A stretch of DNA of 64,000 bases. Origin: Coleofasciculus chthonoplastes F2-STO-03 (lineage in GTDB: Bacteria > Cyanobacteriota > Cyanobacteriia > Cyanobacteriales > Coleofasciculaceae). Below, in pieces: positions 61,883 through 64,000 of the stretch (positions are counted from its first letter, which is position 1; every line of letters starts with the position of its first letter). Location of the stretch: the NCBI GenBank assembly GCA_040222015.1, contig JAVJWO010000193.1, positions 1 to 64,000 on the forward strand, written 5' to 3'. Both the position numbers and the translations under genes were made by a program. Below the pieces are notes generated by a model that made no database searches, was not told the DNA's origin, and worked only from the letters and a program-made list of their open reading frames with translations.

Positions 61883-62310
61883 GAGTGTCTTTAATGTATA
61901 ATTTTTTTAAACTATTTACTTCAATAAAGGTAGTCCAAATCGACGAAACTGAGGTCAAATCCAACTATAACACCCAAACGCAGCAGATCAACATCACCGT
62001 GCGATCGCCCGATACCCGTTTTCTCGCTGAAGCCGCCCCCCAAGTCTCTACCCTCCTCCTGTAGAAGTTTCCAGCCCCATTAGGTCACGCGATCGCTAAT
62101 AGTCTATGCCCCATCGAGCTATAAATCAACCAGCCGCAACAGATTCTCGAACAGCTAGACCAACCAATTGCTCAAGTTCGCGACTCCAACAGCATCGATC
62201 CCCAACCGATTAGAACCGCTCCCTAGTACAAATAATAGTACTGGATGCGATCGCCAGTTTTTCTCCAGCCAATAGGGGAGAGGCGGGCGACCCGACAAAT
62301 TGAGGGGAAT

Positions 62311-62403
62311 GGAGTTTTCATTAGTGCCAGCGGGTCGCCCCTACCTGACCCCAGGTGTTTTGGCTTATCCCTAACGAGTGCGATCGCGTCCGGGGGAGAC
62401 TCC
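62311..62403. repeat. ~90-bp direct repeat, copy 1 (copy 2 at 63907-64000)
   Basis: TTCATTAGTGCCAGCG...TGCGATCGCGTCCGGGGGAGACTCC is present in both copies. Confidence 0.85.
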
Positions 62404-62509
62404 TATCTGACCAAATTTCATCCTTGCTCGTTTCCCCTTGCCAATACTACGGGCAAATCCATTAATTTTCTTGAGGAACCCGCATCTTTTGTTAACCCGG
62501 ATTCAATGG

Positions 62510-62615
62510 TATAGCAACCGCCATGGCTGTTAGGACACATCATTTATGTAGAGACGCGCCATGGCGCGTCTCTACAATGGTGCCGAACGTCCTAATCGAT
62601 GTGTCTATTGCTATA
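62510..62615. mobile_element. MITE-like element TATAGCAA...TTGCTATA with an internal REP
   Basis: Terminal inverted repeats enclose GTAGAGACGCGCCATGGCGCGTCTCTAC. Confidence 0.6.
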
Positions 62616-62684
62616 ACTGGGTGGGTTACGGCGGATTTATCATTGAATGGTTCATTTCCTCAATTTAATACCGCCTAACCCACC

Positions 62685-62792
62685 CTACGGGTCTGGGGAA
62701 ATATGTATCTTTTTGTAAACCGAACACAACAGTTGCAATTGCCTAATTTTTGCTAAAGCGATTAGGGGACTAGCATTAGAAACCACAATCAT
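62685..62792 (-). pseudogene. Truncated DUF3368-type PIN toxin
   Basis: MIVVSNASPLIALAKIRQLQLL...IHISPDP*. ATGA-coupled to the upstream gene and cut at a GTAGGGTGGGTTAG repeat. Confidence 0.75.
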
Positions 62793-63073
62793 TCTTCAGT
62801 TGTATTCAATAGGGTTTCTAGGAGATGTACCTCGGCAACTAAATCTTCTGGTGTTTGATTAAAATAAGGAACATTATATCGGCTCAAAAGCTGAATAAAA
62901 TCCCATTTAGAAATTCCGACTAATTCTCCACCTTTGCCTGAAGAAATCCTCCCTTCTCGAAATAACTCAAGGGCAATCAATTCTCGGATACGCTTTTCCA
63001 AGCCAGTTTACGAGACATCAAGTACCCTAAGTAAATCACGGGGTAAATTTAAACGAACCGTTAATTCGTCCAT
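62789..63073 (-). pseudogene. UPF0175-family antitoxin with in-frame stop
   Basis: MDELTVRLNLPRDLLRVLDVS*TGLEKRIRELIALELFREGRISSGKGGEL..., with TAA at 63010-63008. Confidence 0.8.
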
Positions 63074-63166
63074 GTTTCAATCTTGATTATTTGCGATCAA
63101 ATTTTAATCGACGCTGGTAACATAAATCTACACCTAATCGCTACAGATGGTAACGGCTAACTGGGG

Positions 63167-63696
63167 TTATTGGAGCGACGCTCTAGATAATTCCTCAACA
63201 AATGTCTGATATTCTGGGGAACCGAGTCCCTCCTGTAGCACAGTCAGAACTCGCGACATGTCTCCCTGCAACAGTGACTGCACATCCAACCGTAACCCTG
63301 GCAAAAATGGACTACTCAACACCTCGGCTCCGCTCGGTGTTGACGCTGAGCGGAGCCGAAGCGTCAACATCCCCAACGAATCCGGTTGCTGCTGTCGATA
63401 CTCTCCCTGATCCAAAATATACCAGCGAAACGCTCTATCCTGCACCAACCACACCAAATACTCCCGCACCCCATTGCGCCGATAAGCCCGTAATTTATCA
63501 TGCAGATCGTAAGACGCACTACTGGCGGCAATTTCAACAATTAGCTCTGGCGCTCCTTCAACATAGTCATCCTCACTAATCCGCGATCGCCCCCCACTCT
63601 CTTCCTCTTATAGCGCCGCTCAAACTCAGCACGACTCAAGCGATCGCCATTCTCTAAAGCAGGAATTAATTTTTGGTCAAGACTAGCCGGATTCAC
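63167..63696 (-). pseudogene. Uma2-family pseudogene with internal deletion/frameshift and in-frame palindromic insertion
   Basis: GTG 63696 reads IPALENGDRLSRAEFERRY. The frame then jumps at ~63607 to SRISEDDYVEGAPELIVEIAASSASYDLHDKLRAYRRNGVREY. Confidence 0.85.
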
Positions 63697-63906
63697 GAGC
63701 GCACCTCCACTAAGCGTCACCTTCAGGATACTTTGTCACCAATCAAGCTCCCCCTTCCCACCCCTTCGGGGAAGCAAGCTACGCAGGGAAGGGGGCTGGG
63801 GGGTTAGGTTTTTCCAATTCGCCAGCAAAGTCCTCCAAGAAGTCGGGGATCTGTCTGTGTACCTCACTTACCTGAAAAGCGCTGTATGTAAACCTGCCCT
63901 GTTTCT

Positions 63907-64000
63907 GGAGTTGTTCATTAGTGCCAGCGAGTTGCCCCTACCTGACTACAGGTGTTTCGGATCATCCCTAACGGGTGCGATCGCGTCCGGGGGAGACTCC
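63907..64000. repeat. ~90-bp direct repeat, copy 2 (runs to the window edge)
   Basis: Matches 62311-62403. Confidence 0.85.

Noticed and set aside
61980..62250. Possible degraded coding fragment upstream of rfbF
   Set aside because: Short stop-interrupted frames with no identifiable family.

Overview
This window comes from a filamentous cyanobacterium, judged by abundant HIP1 GCGATCGC sites, heptameric short tandem repeats, GTAG-type REP palindromes, and PEP-CTERM and Uma2 genes. 0-15 kb: PEP-CTERM protein, DnaJ-TPR membrane protein, S9 peptidase, a frameshifted pentapeptide-repeat gene, and a coupled P-loop ATPase / TPR-STAND-WD40 pair. 15-41 kb: a mostly minus-strand island that interleaves RiPP-like biosynthesis with signalling. 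The biosynthetic genes encode an NHLP-like precursor, a fused cyclodehydratase-YcaO, an amidohydrolase, a divergent DyP peroxidase, an atypical old-yellow-enzyme flanked by two LigA/SonA-like small proteins, and a remnant of a second YcaO-amidohydrolase pair. The signalling genes encode a Ser/Thr-AAA-GAF-His kinase, a REC protein, a REC-PP2C and two hybrid kinase-adenylate cyclases. An intact-looking IscB/omega-RNA element is inserted in this island. 41-46 kb: OmpR/HK pair, HdrB-like protein and Uma2. 46-62 kb: Wzx/Wzy-type polysaccharide cluster with a CDP-sugar C-methylation cassette. 62-64 kb: decayed UPF0175/PIN toxin-antitoxin pair and a Uma2 pseudogene between direct repeats. The best candidate for an undescribed system is the YcaO/small-peptide locus linked to the kinase-cyclase cascade. 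All family calls come from motif recognition by eye; no database searches were run.
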